A DNA stretch of 64,000 nucleotides from Octopus vulgaris (GCA_951406725.2 OX597835.1:40424001-40488000), one strand, 5' to 3'; positions 49,676 to 63,553 are shown, counted from the stretch's first letter. A program made the numbers and translations. The notes: generated from the letters alone by a model not told the origin.

Positions 49676-49914
49676 AAATCCGTTCTATTTAAAGTTTTCG
49701 GTTTTTCCTTTCTTTTCACGGAAGAGATATGTGAGATAGGAGTTCGTTAATGCAGCCGTACCATGAAAAGAGACGAAAGAACAATGCAGAAATATGTTTC
49801 TATAAATAATGCTTATGTGCCTATGTGTGTATATATATACATACACATATATTACGTAGTGTATGTATATACATACACTACGTAATATATGTGTATGTAT
49901 ATATATACACACAT

Positions 49915-50350
49915 AAGCTTGCCAAGCAAAGTGATAGAGCTTTTGGGCAGTCTCCCTTACTACACGGAAGATGACATCCCAACTGATGGAATTGAAGGCG
50001 TTTTTGAAGTCTAGTTTAAGGATGACCTTTGGGGACTCAGAAGGCAAGTTAGTGAAAGCTCTAGTGGCATGGGCTTCAGCCTCATAGTCTAGCTTAGTAC
50101 CCACCCGTAGCTGGGTAGGAGAAAATTTGGCTGACAGGCATTTAGAAACTGAAGACAGACACACCTGTCGCAGAGTACCACCAATTGCTATGGGGCGGAA
50201 GTCACCATTGGGCTTGGTAAGAGCAAATAGTTTGGCACCAAAGAACAGGGGACGAATGTAGGGAAGAACACACTCGCACGAGAACAAGTTTATAAACTGC
50301 GATAGGTTCTCCAAGAGCTCAAGACCAGCATCACCGGCTGACAGGGAGAT
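49915..50350 (-). mobile_element. CRE-clade non-LTR retrotransposon RT fragment
   Basis: FFGAKLFALTKPNGDFRPIAIG.TLR; Q..VG...EA..HA.R; LKLDFKNAFNSI. Confidence 0.8.
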
Positions 50351-50439
50351 GTCGAGACCGTAAGCTATCGATCCCAGCACCAGAAACCCACTGGAAAAGA
50401 TGCAATCGGGATTTCCTGGCCGGCGGCCCGTGTCTCTCG

Positions 50440-52220
50440 GCATGTAAGGCGGAGCGCTATGAAAGGCCGATCACATTTGTGGAGGTCATAGAGGTGCTTT
50501 CTGAGTGCCCCGGGGACAAGTCGCCCGGACTGGATGGTCTTCCTTACGAATTTTATAAGAGTATGCCAAACTTATTCGGGAACATACTGGCCGGTGTATA
50601 TGCGAACTGCTAGCAGAACAGGAGAATCCCTAAATATGTGAGCCGGGGAGTAGTGACACTGATCAGGAAGGACTCGTGCAATGGGAATGACATTAATAAC
50701 TTTAGGCCCATAACTCTGCTAAACACAGAGTTAAAGATTTTGGCCAATTGTTAGCCAAGAGATTGAGACTTGTAGTGGGCGACCTGGTGGGAGAAGCACA
50801 GACATGTGCCATCCCAGGCAGGACAATACACGACAACCTTCACCTCATACACGACACTATAGAGCGGGTGGGTAAAATTTCTGGCAAATGTAGGGCACTG
50901 GTGAATTTAGACCAGTCTAAGGCATTCGATAGGGTTGACCATCGGTATCTGGGAGCAGTCCTCAGGGCGGTTGGACTGGACCCGACTTTTCGTAGTTGGT
51001 TCAATGCTATGTATAGCGACATCGATTCAATCGTCCGGGTAAACGGTTTCTTCTCGAAGCCGTTCGTGATCGAACATTCAATTCGCCAGGGCTGCACCCG
51101 CTTCTGTATGTATTGGCACTTGAGCCACTACTGCGGAAATTGGAGGCCACACGGGGAGATCCGCGTGATCTATGTTACGGTAGGAGAGTGACGGCATATG
51201 CGGATGATGTCACCATCATCGTGTCTGATGAAGGGCAGCTACCTCGTGTAGAAGAGGCCATCAAAAGATACGAAGAGGTGGCAGGAGCAAAAATTAACTA
51301 GGAAGTATCAGTCGGCTTGCAACTCGGCACCCGGAGGGGCAAGTCGATGTCTCCCAACAGCGTCGTGGGACGTTGGACGGAGGGCCCGGTTAAATTGCTT
51401 GGAGTCTGGTTTGGACCAGATCTCCAGATGGAGGAAAAACTGGAGCGAGGTCACAGGCAAGGTGACGGCCATAACCCAGACTTGATCTGGGAGGTTGCTA
51501 TCCTTGCTAGGGAGGGTCGAGGTTGCACAGGTGTTTATAGCATCTGTGATAACCAACCGCCTAACCGATGTGCCTTGCCCTGGAGAGTGGCTGACCAAGC
51601 TGGAATGGATCCTTTTCCGCTTTTTGTGGAATGGGAAACCACCACTTGTGAGGCGCCTCATGTGCTGCCAGAAACCGTTAAAGGGTGGGTTAGGGATGCC
51701 TTGGCTGATGATGCGCTGAGGTTGAGAAAAATCTGGCTCTACTTGGATGGTGAACGGGTGTAGTCACCGCATGTCAAGTTCTTCCTGCCACAATTGACGT
51801 TCCCTCGGGACGTGGGCGCATGGATCACGCGAAGAACAAAAATGAGCGAATGGAAGAGGGAGTGCAGACATGCACTCGCTCTGTTCTCCCGAACAAACAA
51901 TACCGTTAGCGGGGCTACCACTACGGGTTGGTAGAGCATATGTCCGACGACATCCTGGGGTAGACTAGGCTTCGAAGAGGAACAGCTTGTCAACCTGTTC
52001 GGAAGGACATTCGGGCCGAGATATCTGGACAACTTCCAGACATCCTTGGCTTGCTTGTGCTACCGATCAGCCTTGTCAGTTCGAGAGAGGTTGTCAAGGC
52101 ATGGCGTTGGTACCCCACCCGCATGCCCGAGGTGCGGGCGTGTCAGTGAAACTGTCACGCACGCCTTCGTACATGGTGAGGAACTAAGGGGACTGATGAC
52201 CTATATCGGACAACTGGTGT
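50440..52220 (+). mobile_element. Tx1/L1-clade LINE ORF2 remnant
   Basis: KSPGLDGLPYEFY, NFRPITLLN, QTCAIPGRTIHDN, LDQSKAFDRV, AYADD, GGLG.P, CPRC...ET..HAF; stops and frameshifts. Confidence 0.88.
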
Positions 52221-52967
52221 CAGATAGGGATTTCCTGGGGACCATGAGAAATGGAGCAACTCAGTTACTGGAAGAAAGACATACAATTCCGAGCTGTAAC
52301 GTATGTCCTAATCCCGCTTTTGCTGACAAACGTCTCGGCCGAGAAAAGACTGGAGGGCCCGTGGTCGAAATGTGGTCTTCAACGGTGAGTGATTTTATCC
52401 ATTCCATGGGACATGGGTTTTGTTAACTCCGGGAATGACTTCAACAAAAAAAAATCCGGCTGACTGTGGAACGAGGGACAAATTCGTTGGTGCTGGTCAT
52501 TGGATATAGTGTGTCTGATATCACTTGAATTGGATAGGTATGTTCAATTTTTTCAATGCTCTCAAATTTAAAATCTTGGAATTCTGTGCTGAAGAGGAAA
52601 ATGTTTTGATGAAGTATGATTTTACATTCTTCATACCGATCTAATTCCGAAACGCGTCCACAGGTAATCAAATACCGAGTGAATTTCGTTATTTTCCCCC
52701 TCTGTCTACGTGGTTGTTTTGAGTATTTGTTGTCCGGGAGTTTTTTCTTATAGTAGAAGAAATAGCTAAGGTTCTTTGGCTGCTCTTTTCTAAAGTTCGG
52801 TATGTTGGTGAAGCAAATTTTTGTTGAACCCTAATTATAATTATACTCATAATTATAAAAATATTGTTTAAGTTTACCGAAAAATGGTCCTTTTAACATG
52901 CCGTATACTACTTGGTGGAATTATTAATTACGAGTTAATTAATTAATTTTACCCTTTATTATTATTG

Positions 52968-53008
<41 letters not shown>

Positions 53009-53862
53009 TAAAACAATTGCAGCGTGGAAGGTGTTTGTAAGCCATTTAAGAAAAACACAAAAGCCGTTCGAACGGCTTTTGTGTGTTTCTTAAATGGCTT
53101 ACAAACACCTTCCACGTTGCAATTGTTTTCGTTTCAGCACACGATCTCAGATCAAATCACTTGCTATGCGAGTACATCTCCGTAAATATATATATATATA
53201 TATATATGAATCAAAACAGTTTGATTTAAACTTCTTGGTGCTCTGAGTTTCCAGTGTGTCGCTAGTCATTGGCCATTGAGTCTGAATGAGAATTCCATTG
53301 AAGAGAGTTAATATTTATTACTAGACGTTAACCTGCGATTGGTCAAGAAAGGTCATGCAGTGTTGCACTTTGATGTTGGTGTGTCAGCGACAACAATTAC
53401 TTGGAAGATATTGTATGGTGAACAGGAAATCGGCCGCGTGATGGACAGGAAATCGGTCGCGCGGTTGGGTAGAAGTAGGAAGGGGTGGGAGATGTGGGAT
53501 TATATATGTATATATATGTATAAGGCGGCGAGCTGGCAGAACCGTTAGCACGCCAGGCGAAATGCGTAGCCGTATTTCGTCTGCCGTTACGTTCTGAGTT
53601 CAAATTCCGCCGAGGTCGACTTTGCCTTTCATCCTTTCGGGATCGATAAATTAAGTACCAGTTACGCACTGGGGTCGATATAATCGACTTAATCCGTTTG
53701 TCTGTCGTTGTTTGTCCCCTCTATGTTTAGCCCCTTGTGGGTAATAAAGAAACATATATATATGTATATGCGTGTACATGTATATACCCATATGTCTGCA
53801 TCCATGCCTCCGCACTTAAACGAGTGTGTACGTCTGCGTAGATGTACATTTACATATCGGCG

Positions 53863-53899
<37 letters not shown>

Positions 53900-54259
53900 T
53901 CACACACCTGCGTGCACACTTTTATCCCCGTGCATATATGTATACGAGGACACGCACACGTGCGCGAGCACACGCAAGCGTGCATATGCACAGACGTGAA
54001 CACGCATAGCTGCACGTGAATATGGGAGCGCATGCGTATACATGTACACCAGTAGACACATGTGCGTCTGCGGTGAGCAGATGCACACCCGTACAGTATG
54101 CGGGGTGGACAGGCATGAAGAAGTGTTGGGGATTGGGGATTCGCGGTGCTGTTCATGGGGGTTAAGTTTGTAACGCTGACCTTGGTACAGGAGATGCTGC
54201 GGGGGTCTGGACTAAGGAGGCGTACCCGGGTTGTCGGCGGTCAGTGGCTTGAAATTTAC

Positions 54260-54445
54260 CAGGATGATGTTGTTCATTATCCGGTTGAATTTCTCAACAC
54301 TTTGGAACCGTCCGGGATGGCCTCACACGATCTTGAGTTGAAGAAGGGGGCAGTCATCATGCTTCTTAGAAACATGGATCAGCCAAGATTGTGCAATGGC
54401 ACACGTATAGTTGTGACTGAACTACGGCCTCACATTATGGAAGCG
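54260..54445 (+). mobile_element. Helitron PIF1-like helicase fragment
   Basis: YPVEFLNTLEPSGM..H.LELK.GA.IMLLRN...RLCNGTR. Confidence 0.85.
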
Positions 54446-54559
54446 AAAAACGACCCCTTTTGTACAACTATCTCGCAATCTTTCTTACTGTTTCTTGAGC
54501 TGCCACAGAAACCGGGAAACTGGGCCTATGAGCCTGGCTAGGCTTGGAAAGGGCCCATA

Positions 54560-54617
<58 letters not shown>

Positions 54618-54785
54618 GTCTCTGTTTGTCCAACCACCATCGTTTGCTTACGTCCTCGTAATTTAGCGGTTCAGCAAAAGAAACCGATAGAATAAGCACT
54701 GGACTTACAAAGATTTGTTCGACTAAAGGCGGTGCTCCAGCGTGGCCACAAATGACTGAAACAAATAAGAGAATATGTATGTATG

Positions 54786-54824
<39 letters not shown>

Positions 54825-57541
54825 AGAGAGAGAGAGAGAGAGAGAAAGATAGATATAGCCGGACTATAAGCCAGCCATAAAACACCATATCTATCTTTAT
54901 TCATATACTCTATTGCTTATAACTTAGAATGTGCTTCTTTTGGGATTTAGGATTTACTGACAATATGTTGTGTGTGTGTGTGTGTGTGTGTATGTGCGTG
55001 TGTGTGTGTGTGTGCGTGTTTGCGTGTGTATACCTACATGCAGAGCTGGAGGTAGGTCCGTTAATTAAAGAAGTTAACATTTCCGTTAACGATTTAACTT
55101 CTAAGTTAACTTTGAAAATCATTATCGGACTAATTAATTTCCGTTACATTTAGCTTCTGTTAGTCCCAAAATTTCATAAAAATCGATTATCGTTTAAAAG
55201 TTTCTTTTTTTTTTTCAGATTGTCTTAGGTAAGATGCATGAAGAACTTCAAATTTAATGTTTATCCATAATGTTATTGCTTTTACACCTGTCAATTAAAT
55301 TTACCTGCCCATAAAAGTCAAATTTACTCAGCAAGATCAGCTAAAATCACATAACTATAAACCAGTGGTGTATGAAGCACCCACTGACAAAATTTCAAAT
55401 CTGTATGTAAAAAATGTATAAAGTCACGAGCAGTATCGCCCGGCGTTGCTAGGGTTTGTTTCGACCCTTTAGAATTGGAATTTTTGAAAAGTAAAAATTT
55501 TGCATTATGTGTCTTCTTATTCTCTTTAAGTGAACAGCAGTAAAAAAATCGGGATTTTCATAGAAAAAAAGCACCTTTTTGATGTAAATAATTTTTGGTG
55601 CTAACATAGTCCGATTTGAATTTTTTTTTCTTCTACGGAAGGAAGGGCAAGTCTTCTATCATACTCTTAATTTTGGTCAACTTGCACCGCAGGGTCTCGG
55701 AGGAGATAGTGTTAGTTGAAGGCTACCAAACCTGCCACACACAGACAACTTCAGCTTTTTATATATAGATTAAGAGCACTTCCCGTTCGATTTTTGCGGC
55801 GATTCGGTCTGCAAAATAATTCTGTCATTTTGAGCTATTTTTTGACACCATTTTCAACTGAGAACTCCTTAAAAAGGCACACTAAAAACTGCTAGAATTT
55901 GCATTTTTCAAGCAAGAGAATTCAAACTTGCTCCAATCGATTCAGGAAATTTTTCTACGTATATACTCATATTTTGTTTTTCGAAAAACTCAAAAATTGA
56001 ACGTGTTTCCGACCCATGTTTCCGTTGCATTCGCGCAAACACGTGCACAGTCACGCTTAGAATCCAACATGTTGCGTGAACACAACTCAAGGCAATAGTG
56101 TACGACATCCACTCACTCGCGGAAAATGCATTGTTTCGGGCCTTTGTTATCGAGATAGAGACTTGAAACCTACTCTGACCGTAACTACCCCACGCCTTCT
56201 ATAGGTGTGTAAATTTTCAGCTCGATCCTAGCACGTCTAGTGCCATTGAATCCTTACCAAAAGCCAAAGTGTGCAAGTTTTTTTCCTCCTTTATATAGGT
56301 AGACAAGAGGAGATACCACTCAGTGGATCCCTTATATGCTAAAAACAATATTAATTTCTACTCTTATTATCTTTTATCATGCTTTGCTACCTTTCATACT
56401 ATCAGGTTTGGTGAAATTATTCTTAAAATTATTAATTGCTTTTTTAACTACATTTTTTGATTTCTTTATGTTCGATTGAATTAACAGCCAACTCTCGCGC
56501 TCGTATACACGCACACACACACACATGCATATACACATACATATACACACGCACATGCACACACTCACGCACGCACACACGCACACATGCACACGCACAT
56601 ATTATTTCGCAACAGATAAGTAATCTTGATATTTATGTACAGTCGTTACTTGTAAAATGTAATCATTAAAACTACTGAGTTGTTCCCCTTACAACGTATC
56701 TATTTCTGAATGCTGAAATATTTTTTTAAAAATCACTCTTTTTGCCATAGCAACCACATCTTTATAGCTTGCGAATTTTAACCATCGCGGGTCGCATCCT
56801 CACCGAGCATTTAGGATCCCTGGCAATTTTCAGCTGATCCTAGCTCGTCTAGTGCCATTGAATCCTTACCAAAGCTAAAGTGTGCAAGTTTTTTCCCTCT
56901 TTTATGTAGGTAGACAAGCAAATATTGAATCTGAATAATTTAAAATAACGTGAACAAATAAGCATTACATTTGACAGATTAATATAAACACTAAAGGTAT
57001 TTTTAGGTGGGGGGGGGGGTTTCTAACACACACACATAACACGGCTTTGCTCGTGCTACTTTGACATCACCATTCCATAAAATTTTTTGAAACATATCAA
57101 TAGATGTGTGAGTGAGAAAGAAACGAGGGGGGAGGTTTTGCAATGTGCTAGAAACAACAGTCGGATCTCCTTTAAATCATATATTTTCCTTTGCAATTAT
57201 TAACGATTTTTTAAAAAACGAAATTGTTTCTCTCAGGAGTTTTAAGTGCGTAGTAAAAAAAACTTTAAATGGTCAGGACTAGGGTGGTGAGGGGTAGCGA
57301 GAGTGAAGAAAAAATTTTCAATTTTTTTTTGTTTTTTTGTGAAAGGATGCCTCCCATCATACTGAAGTGGAAAAACATTGGAAAAAATTCCAGTCAAAAC
57401 AGAGAAATTCCAACTTATGTGGGCCGTCTGATCCGAAACTTCGTTTTCCAGAAACTCCTCCGTCCCTTCCAAAAATTTTGCTTATAAATTTCTTTGTAAT
57501 CGTCATCTACACCGTTTGAAAGGTATTTGTATAAAATTTCA

Positions 57542-57716
57542 AGCGATCCTTCGGTATAGGTACCGTAAGTACCGGAAGTGGCTTTGTTTACATTTCTGAA
57601 GATAACAGAAAACCTTTTATCCCACCCCTAACCCTAACCCCCCATATATATAAAAAAAAAAAAAAACTTTCTTGAAATGTATCCGGTACTTCCGGTACCT
57701 ATACCGAAGTTACGCC
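57542..57716. mobile_element. MITE family B, uninterrupted copy with CCCTAA repeats
   Basis: Same TIRs as 45044/47778; 8-bp TSD aaatttca. Confidence 0.88.
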
Positions 57717-58106
57717 AAATTTCATTAAAAAATACCTATTTTCCAGAAAGTTATGAGGAGGAAAATAGCGGGTCCTGTGAATTTTCCGAAACTCCTCTAT
57801 CCAACCCCTCGCAAAATTGTTTCAACAAATCTTGACATATACTCAATCTACAGGATATAAGCGATTATTTGGTGTAAATTTCGTTAAAAAGTATCCATCT
57901 CACTGGAAGTTATGAGGCAACAAAATCGGTGGGGCATTAAACTGTAGTTATGCCTTTTTTCAATAAAAGTTAACCTTTCGATTAACGGTGCCTGCCTCTG
58001 CCTATATGTATATACACATATATATATATGTGTGTATATGTACGTGTGCGTGTGCTGACACATGCGTATCTTTCCACTTAGATAGATTGTTGTTTACGAA
58101 ATTTTG

Positions 58107-58980
58107 GCGAAGTTTCGCATGTCGTAGCACAGATTTCCGTCGATTTCCGTAAAAAACTTTTATTTTTTTACATAAGTAATGAGAGCGAAAGAGACTAAGA
58201 GGAAGCGATTTTATGACGAGAAGGTTTCTCTTTGAAATCGGCCTGTGTGTGTTTGATGGGGTGTGGGAGACAGACAGTATGTTGTGTAAGTGAAGTGCTT
58301 CTGTTAGTGTGTGCGAAGAGACAGAGAGAGTAATGTGTGAAAGAGAGAGATAACTGATTTTTTACTCGGTGTATGTGTATATGTATGTATGCATATATGT
58401 GTGTGTGTGTGTATGTATCTATGTATGTGTGTGTGTGTAAGTATGTGTGTGTGTATGTATGTATGGCCGATTCATCGTAATTTTTTACTCGGTGTATGTG
58501 TATATGTATGTCTGCATGTATGTGTGTGTGTGTATATATCTATGTATATGTGTATGTGTGTATGTATGTATGGTCGATTCAGTGTAATTTTTTACTCGGT
58601 GTATGTGTATATGTATGTGTGTGTGTGTGTGTGTGTAAGTATGTGTGTGTGTATGTATGTATGTGTGTGTGTGTATGTATCTATGTATGTGTGTGTGTGT
58701 ATGTATGTATGTATGGCCGATTCATCGTAATTTTTTACTCGGTGTATGTGTATATGTATGTCTGTCTCTTCGCACACACTAACAGAAGCACTTCACTTAC
58801 ACAACATACTGTCTGTCTCCCACACCCCATCAAACACACACAGGCCGACTTCAAAGTGAAACCTTCTCGTCGTAAAATCGCTTCCTCTTAGTCTCTTTCG
58901 CTCTCATTACTTATGTAAAAAAATAAAAGTTTTTTACGGAAATCGACGGAAATCTGTGCTACTACAACCGAAACTATGCC
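58107..58980. mobile_element. Foldback element family C with long TIRs and a microsatellite interior
   Basis: ggcgaagtttcg...gtagcacagatttccgtcgatttccg mirrored at the right end; half copy at 36320-37394; no clear TSD. Confidence 0.7.
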
Positions 58981-59514
58981 AGTATATATACACACACTAT
59001 CAAAAGATAGTCCCATCTAATTGCTCTCTCTGTCTCTTGCCCCCCCCCCCCCAATTCTCCAATTTTTGAGTTTTTCCCCCAACACTGACCCTAACCGTAA
59101 CTACAGAAAGCTTTTGAAATTTTTGTCGAATCATAATGTCCGTATTTTTCTGCATATTTAGAAAAAAAATTCAGAAGTAAGTGAAAAATGAAGGAAATGG
59201 GATGGGGAAATTTAAAAATGCCTTTTTCTTTTGCACATTTGTATTCCCCGTTGCCGAAGAGTTGGGGGTTGTGTCGAAAAAATTTTTTGCTTCAGTCATT
59301 CGACTGCGGCCATAGTGGGGCACCACCTTGAATGGCTTAGTCGAATAAATCGCCCCAAGTAACTTATTCTATAAGTCTGTCGTTTATTCCATCGGTTTCG
59401 TTTGTGAAACTTCTAATTCACGAGAACGTAAAGCAGCCAACACTGGTTGTCAAGCAGTGGAGGAGGGACACGTGTGTGTGTGTGTGTGTGTGTGTATATC
59501 GTGCTTGTGTACTG

Positions 59515-60160
59515 ACATCGCTTCTCTACTCATGTGAGACATGGACTGTACAAACGTCAGGTAAGGGTCCTTGAACGTTTTCATCAGAGATGTCTCAGAC
59601 ACATTCTCAATGTTGGCTGGACCTCAAAAATTCCAGACACACAGATCCTGAGGACAGCTGATATCTTGAGGCGATGATGCACAAGCACCGGTTGCGTTGG
59701 ACTGAACACCTTATTAGAATGAAGGATAGAAGGATTCCTAAGCAAATGCTCTATGGAGAACTTGTAAATGGAAGGAGACTCCGGCAGAAACCAAGGCTGC
59801 GATTTAAGGACTGTGTCAAGTCCCCATTAAAGGCCTGTGATATGCAGGACACTGACTGGGAGAACAATGCCTGTCATCGCCACAGCTGGAGGAAGCAGGT
59901 TAATGAGGGGATCGACACTTTTGAGAGAGCACGTATCCAGCATGAAGAACTTAAGCGAGCTCCGCAAAAGCGCACGGCTCGTATAGTGAATGGGGAAGCT
60001 TGGCCTGCAATGTTTGCAGTCATGTATGCTTGCCAAGAGCAAGGCTCATTAGCCACCAACGGAGCTGCAAATGCAAAAATAAGTTAGTCCTAGAGCGCAC
60101 AATGTTCCTGAAGTTTGGCAATGGCCTTCCTCGGTCACGAGTGGACGGCCATCATCATAT
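59515..60160 (+). mobile_element. RTE-clade LINE 3' fragment
   Basis: LYSCETWT, RLRWTEHLIRM..RIPKQMLYGEL; (CAT)n tail. Confidence 0.85.
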
Positions 60161-62358
60161 ATATATCTAGATAACCAGGTAGATAGTTCTCTGGGAAGGG
60201 GTAAGGAGCTTGTGGGCAGGGGAGAAGGAAGGGAAGAACTGGTTGCCCAGAGAATTAAGGGGTGTGATAAGTGTGAAGGAAGGGTTAATGAGATGTGGAA
60301 AATGCTCTGAATGGTAGGGGGTAGGTAGGGAGATAAGATGTGGGGAGTGCTTGACAGGGCAATATGGGTGTGGCTGGAGTAATTTTGATTGTTGGCCTTC
60401 TCACTCAGGATTGACCAGAGGCTAGATAATATCTGCTGACAGAAACGTTAGCACACCGGACGAAATGCTTAGTATTTCGTCTGCCGTTACGTTCTGAGTT
60501 CAAATTCCGCCGAGGTCGACTTTGCCTTTCATCCTTTCGGGGTCGATAAATTAAGTACCAGTTACGCACTGGGGTCAATATAATCGACTTAATCCGTTTA
60601 TCTGTCCTTGTTTGACCTCTCTGTGTTTAGCCCCTTGTGGGTAGTAAACAAATAGGTATTTCGTTTGTCTTTATGTTCTGAGTTCTGTAATTTGTAAGTT
60701 TAACGTAGTTTAATTTTTCGAATTTTAATCAATCCTATACTCTCTTTTGAGCTAAAATCATTTGCTGTGTCTAAAACTGAGACAACATCCTGTAATTAAC
60801 CCTAAACCTTCCCCCCAACCCTAATTTTTTTTTCTTAATTGTTAAATTAATTTAATTGTTACGCGTGTAAAAAGAACTAAAGCAATGGAATTAAATTAAT
60901 TTAACAATTAAGAAAAAAAATTTAGGGTTAGGGTTAGGGGGGGTAGGGTTAGTTACAGGATGTCGTCTCAGTTTTAGACGCAGCAAATGATTTTAGTTCA
61001 ATGGAGGTAATCGATTGGTTAAAATTGCCGAAATGCTTGGATTTTCAGACGAAATATCTTACAAACTATAGAATTTTCTCAATAAAACCAAGAGAAAAAA
61101 ATGTTTTATTTTGACACATTCTACCAGTATACGAAGTTTAAAAGTGTTTAGTTAACTAGAAATTGTGTTGAAAACAGCTGTTCAAAAGGAAATCCGCATT
61201 CGGATTTCTCTGTCAAATTTATTCACATTGTTTTGAATTAATCATGCGTTATCTTGTGGCTTTAAGATTTTGATGTGCTTGTTTATTTTCAGAATGGCAT
61301 TGTTAGGTAAGTGTGAGAGGTCTGACCTGACCAGTGTGAAAATATTACTAGTAGAGTATTTGGGCCTGACATGACCAGTTTTAATACTAAAGGGTTAAAA
61401 CTTGAGTAGTTCTATATTTAAAATTTTCTAGATAACAGACTAAATACAAAATTAGAAATTTTGTAGATCAGTGAATTTATTTCACTTGAAATTCTATGAG
61501 TTTTCAACAGCAAGTTAACACTGACAGCTAGCTTGACTGGCCCCTTTCCCTAAAAATTTCAGGCCCTGTGCCTGTAGTAGAAATGTTTATTATTATTATT
61601 ATAAATGCTGCTGGGGTCAACTTTGCCTTTCAGTCTTTTGGGGTTGATAAAATAAGTACTAGTACCTATTTCTTTACTACCCACAAGGGGCTAAACACAG
61701 AGCAGACAAACCAGGACAGACAAACGGATTAAGTCGATTATATCGACCCCAGTGCGTAACTGGTACTTAATTTATCAACCCTGAAAGGATGAAAGGCAAA
61801 GTCGACCTTGGCGGAATTTGAACTCAGAACGTAAAGACACGAAATACCGCTAAGCATTTCGCCCGGCGTGCTAACGTTTCTGCCAGCTCACCGCCTTAAA
61901 TAAGTACTAGTACCGCCTGACTGGCCCCTGTCCTGGTGGCACGTAAAAGCGCCCACTACACTATCGGAGTGGTTGGCGTTAGGAAGGGCATCCAGCTGTA
62001 GACACTCTGCCAGATCAAGATTGGAGCCTGGTGCAGCCATCTGGTTCACCAGTCCTCAGTCAAATCGTCCAACCCATGCTAGCATGGAAAGCGGACGTTA
62101 AACGATGATGATGATGAGTACTGGGGTTGATGTGATTGATTTATCCCTCCTCCTCCTCAAACTTGCTGGCCTTGTGCCAAAATTTTAAATCATTATTATT
62201 ATTATTTGGACAGGAGATTGGCACAGTTGTTGGAGCATCAGACTAATTGCTAATGATTTTTGTTCTGGTATTTTACATTCCGAATTCAAATCCTGCTTAA
62301 ATCAACTTTGCCTTTCGTCTAGGGTCATTAAAAATAAAGGACCAATTAACTACTGGTA

Positions 62359-62858
62359 TTGAGCAGGGTCTGGAAGAGTAGAGACATCAGACTCGCTACC
62401 AAATGCAGATTGGTGAATGCAATTGTCTTCCCAATAACAACATATGGATGCGAGACCTGGACACAAAATAAAGCTGACCAGAAGAGAATTAATGCATTCG
62501 AGCTTTGGTGTTGGAGAAGACTTTTATGGATTCCATGGACAGCAAGGCTCACCAATGGAGAAGTTCTTAAGCAGATAAGGCTGAAAATGTCGCTAGAAGC
62601 TAGGATCACCAAACGTAGATTGGCATATTTCGGTCATGTTATGCGGAGAAAATCTCTGGAGAAGGACATCATGCTCGGAATGGTCAGTGGCAAGAGAGGA
62701 AGAGGCCGACCAAGAACCCGCTGGCTTGACACCATCAAGAGTGATACCGGAATGGACATAGCCAATCTGAAAGAAGCGGCCCAGGATAGAACTGACTGGA
62801 GGACACTGATCCATCGAGTAACCGAGAGTCGACTTTGACTGAGTTGATAGATAGATAG
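62359..62858 (+). mobile_element. RTE/BovB-like LINE 3' fragment
   Basis: TK.RLV.AIVFP..TYGCETW, AFELWCWRRLL.IPWTAR, YFGH.MR, GKRGRGRPR.RWLD; (GATA)n tail. Confidence 0.88.
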
Positions 62859-62946
62859 GTAGTTGATCTAATTATACCCATCACCTCAAATTTTCAGCCT
62901 CAGCTGTGTTAAAAATTATTATCTGCATGCCATTCTTGTATTTCAG

Positions 62947-63147
62947 GTTTCCAAAATCAGTGAAAATGGGGAGAACTGCCCACCATCACCATCTCTGTCT
63001 GAAGACCAACGTGCCAAAATTGAACAGAATCGGTTAGAAGCCCTTGCTAAACGCCAAAAGAGTATCTCAGATGGTTTGTTGGTGGATGTTGGTGATTCCT
63101 GGTTGAAACTTCTGGAACCAGAAACTAAAAAAGATTATTTTCAATCG
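62947..63147 (+). CDS. UNG: Uracil-DNA glycosylase exon 2 (RPA-binding helix and start of the catalytic domain); gene continues beyond the window
   Basis: SPSLSEDQRAKIEQNRLEALAKR...VGDSWLKLLEPETKKDYFQS resembles LSAEQLDRIQRNKAAALLRL and GESWKKHLSGEFGKPYF; tcag/gt bounds. Confidence 0.92.
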
Positions 63148-63497
63148 GTATTATTTATTTATTATTATGAGTTTTTTTTCTTTCAATTTTTCTCTGCTCC
63201 TTTCTCCTAGCCAATTAATTGTTCATGTCTTCCCAACACCTAGGGCAAAAAAAAAAAAAACCTCACTGTATACATTAATAGGCCAAAGTCAAATAAAGTT
63301 TTGTAGAAAGAAGAAAAAAATTATCTATATAATAGGCGCAGGAGTGGCTGTGTGGTAAGAAGCTTGCTTACCAACCACATGGTTCCGAGTTCAGTCCCAC
63401 TGCGTGGCACCTTGGGCAAGTGTCTTCTACTCTAGCCTTAGGCCGACTAAAGCCTTGTGAGTGGATTTGGTAGACGGAAACTGAAAGAAGCCCGTCG

Positions 63498-63553
<56 letters not shown>

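Noticed and set aside
55219-55228. 10-nt micro-exon or recursive splice site in the UNG intron (polyT-cag|attgtcttag|gtaaga)
   Set aside because: Would break the reading frame; nothing supports it without RNA data
58389-58891. Cys/Val/Tyr-rich ORFs (also 31422, 43780-44206, 53689, 56377)
   Set aside because: Translations of (TG)n and (TA)n microsatellites
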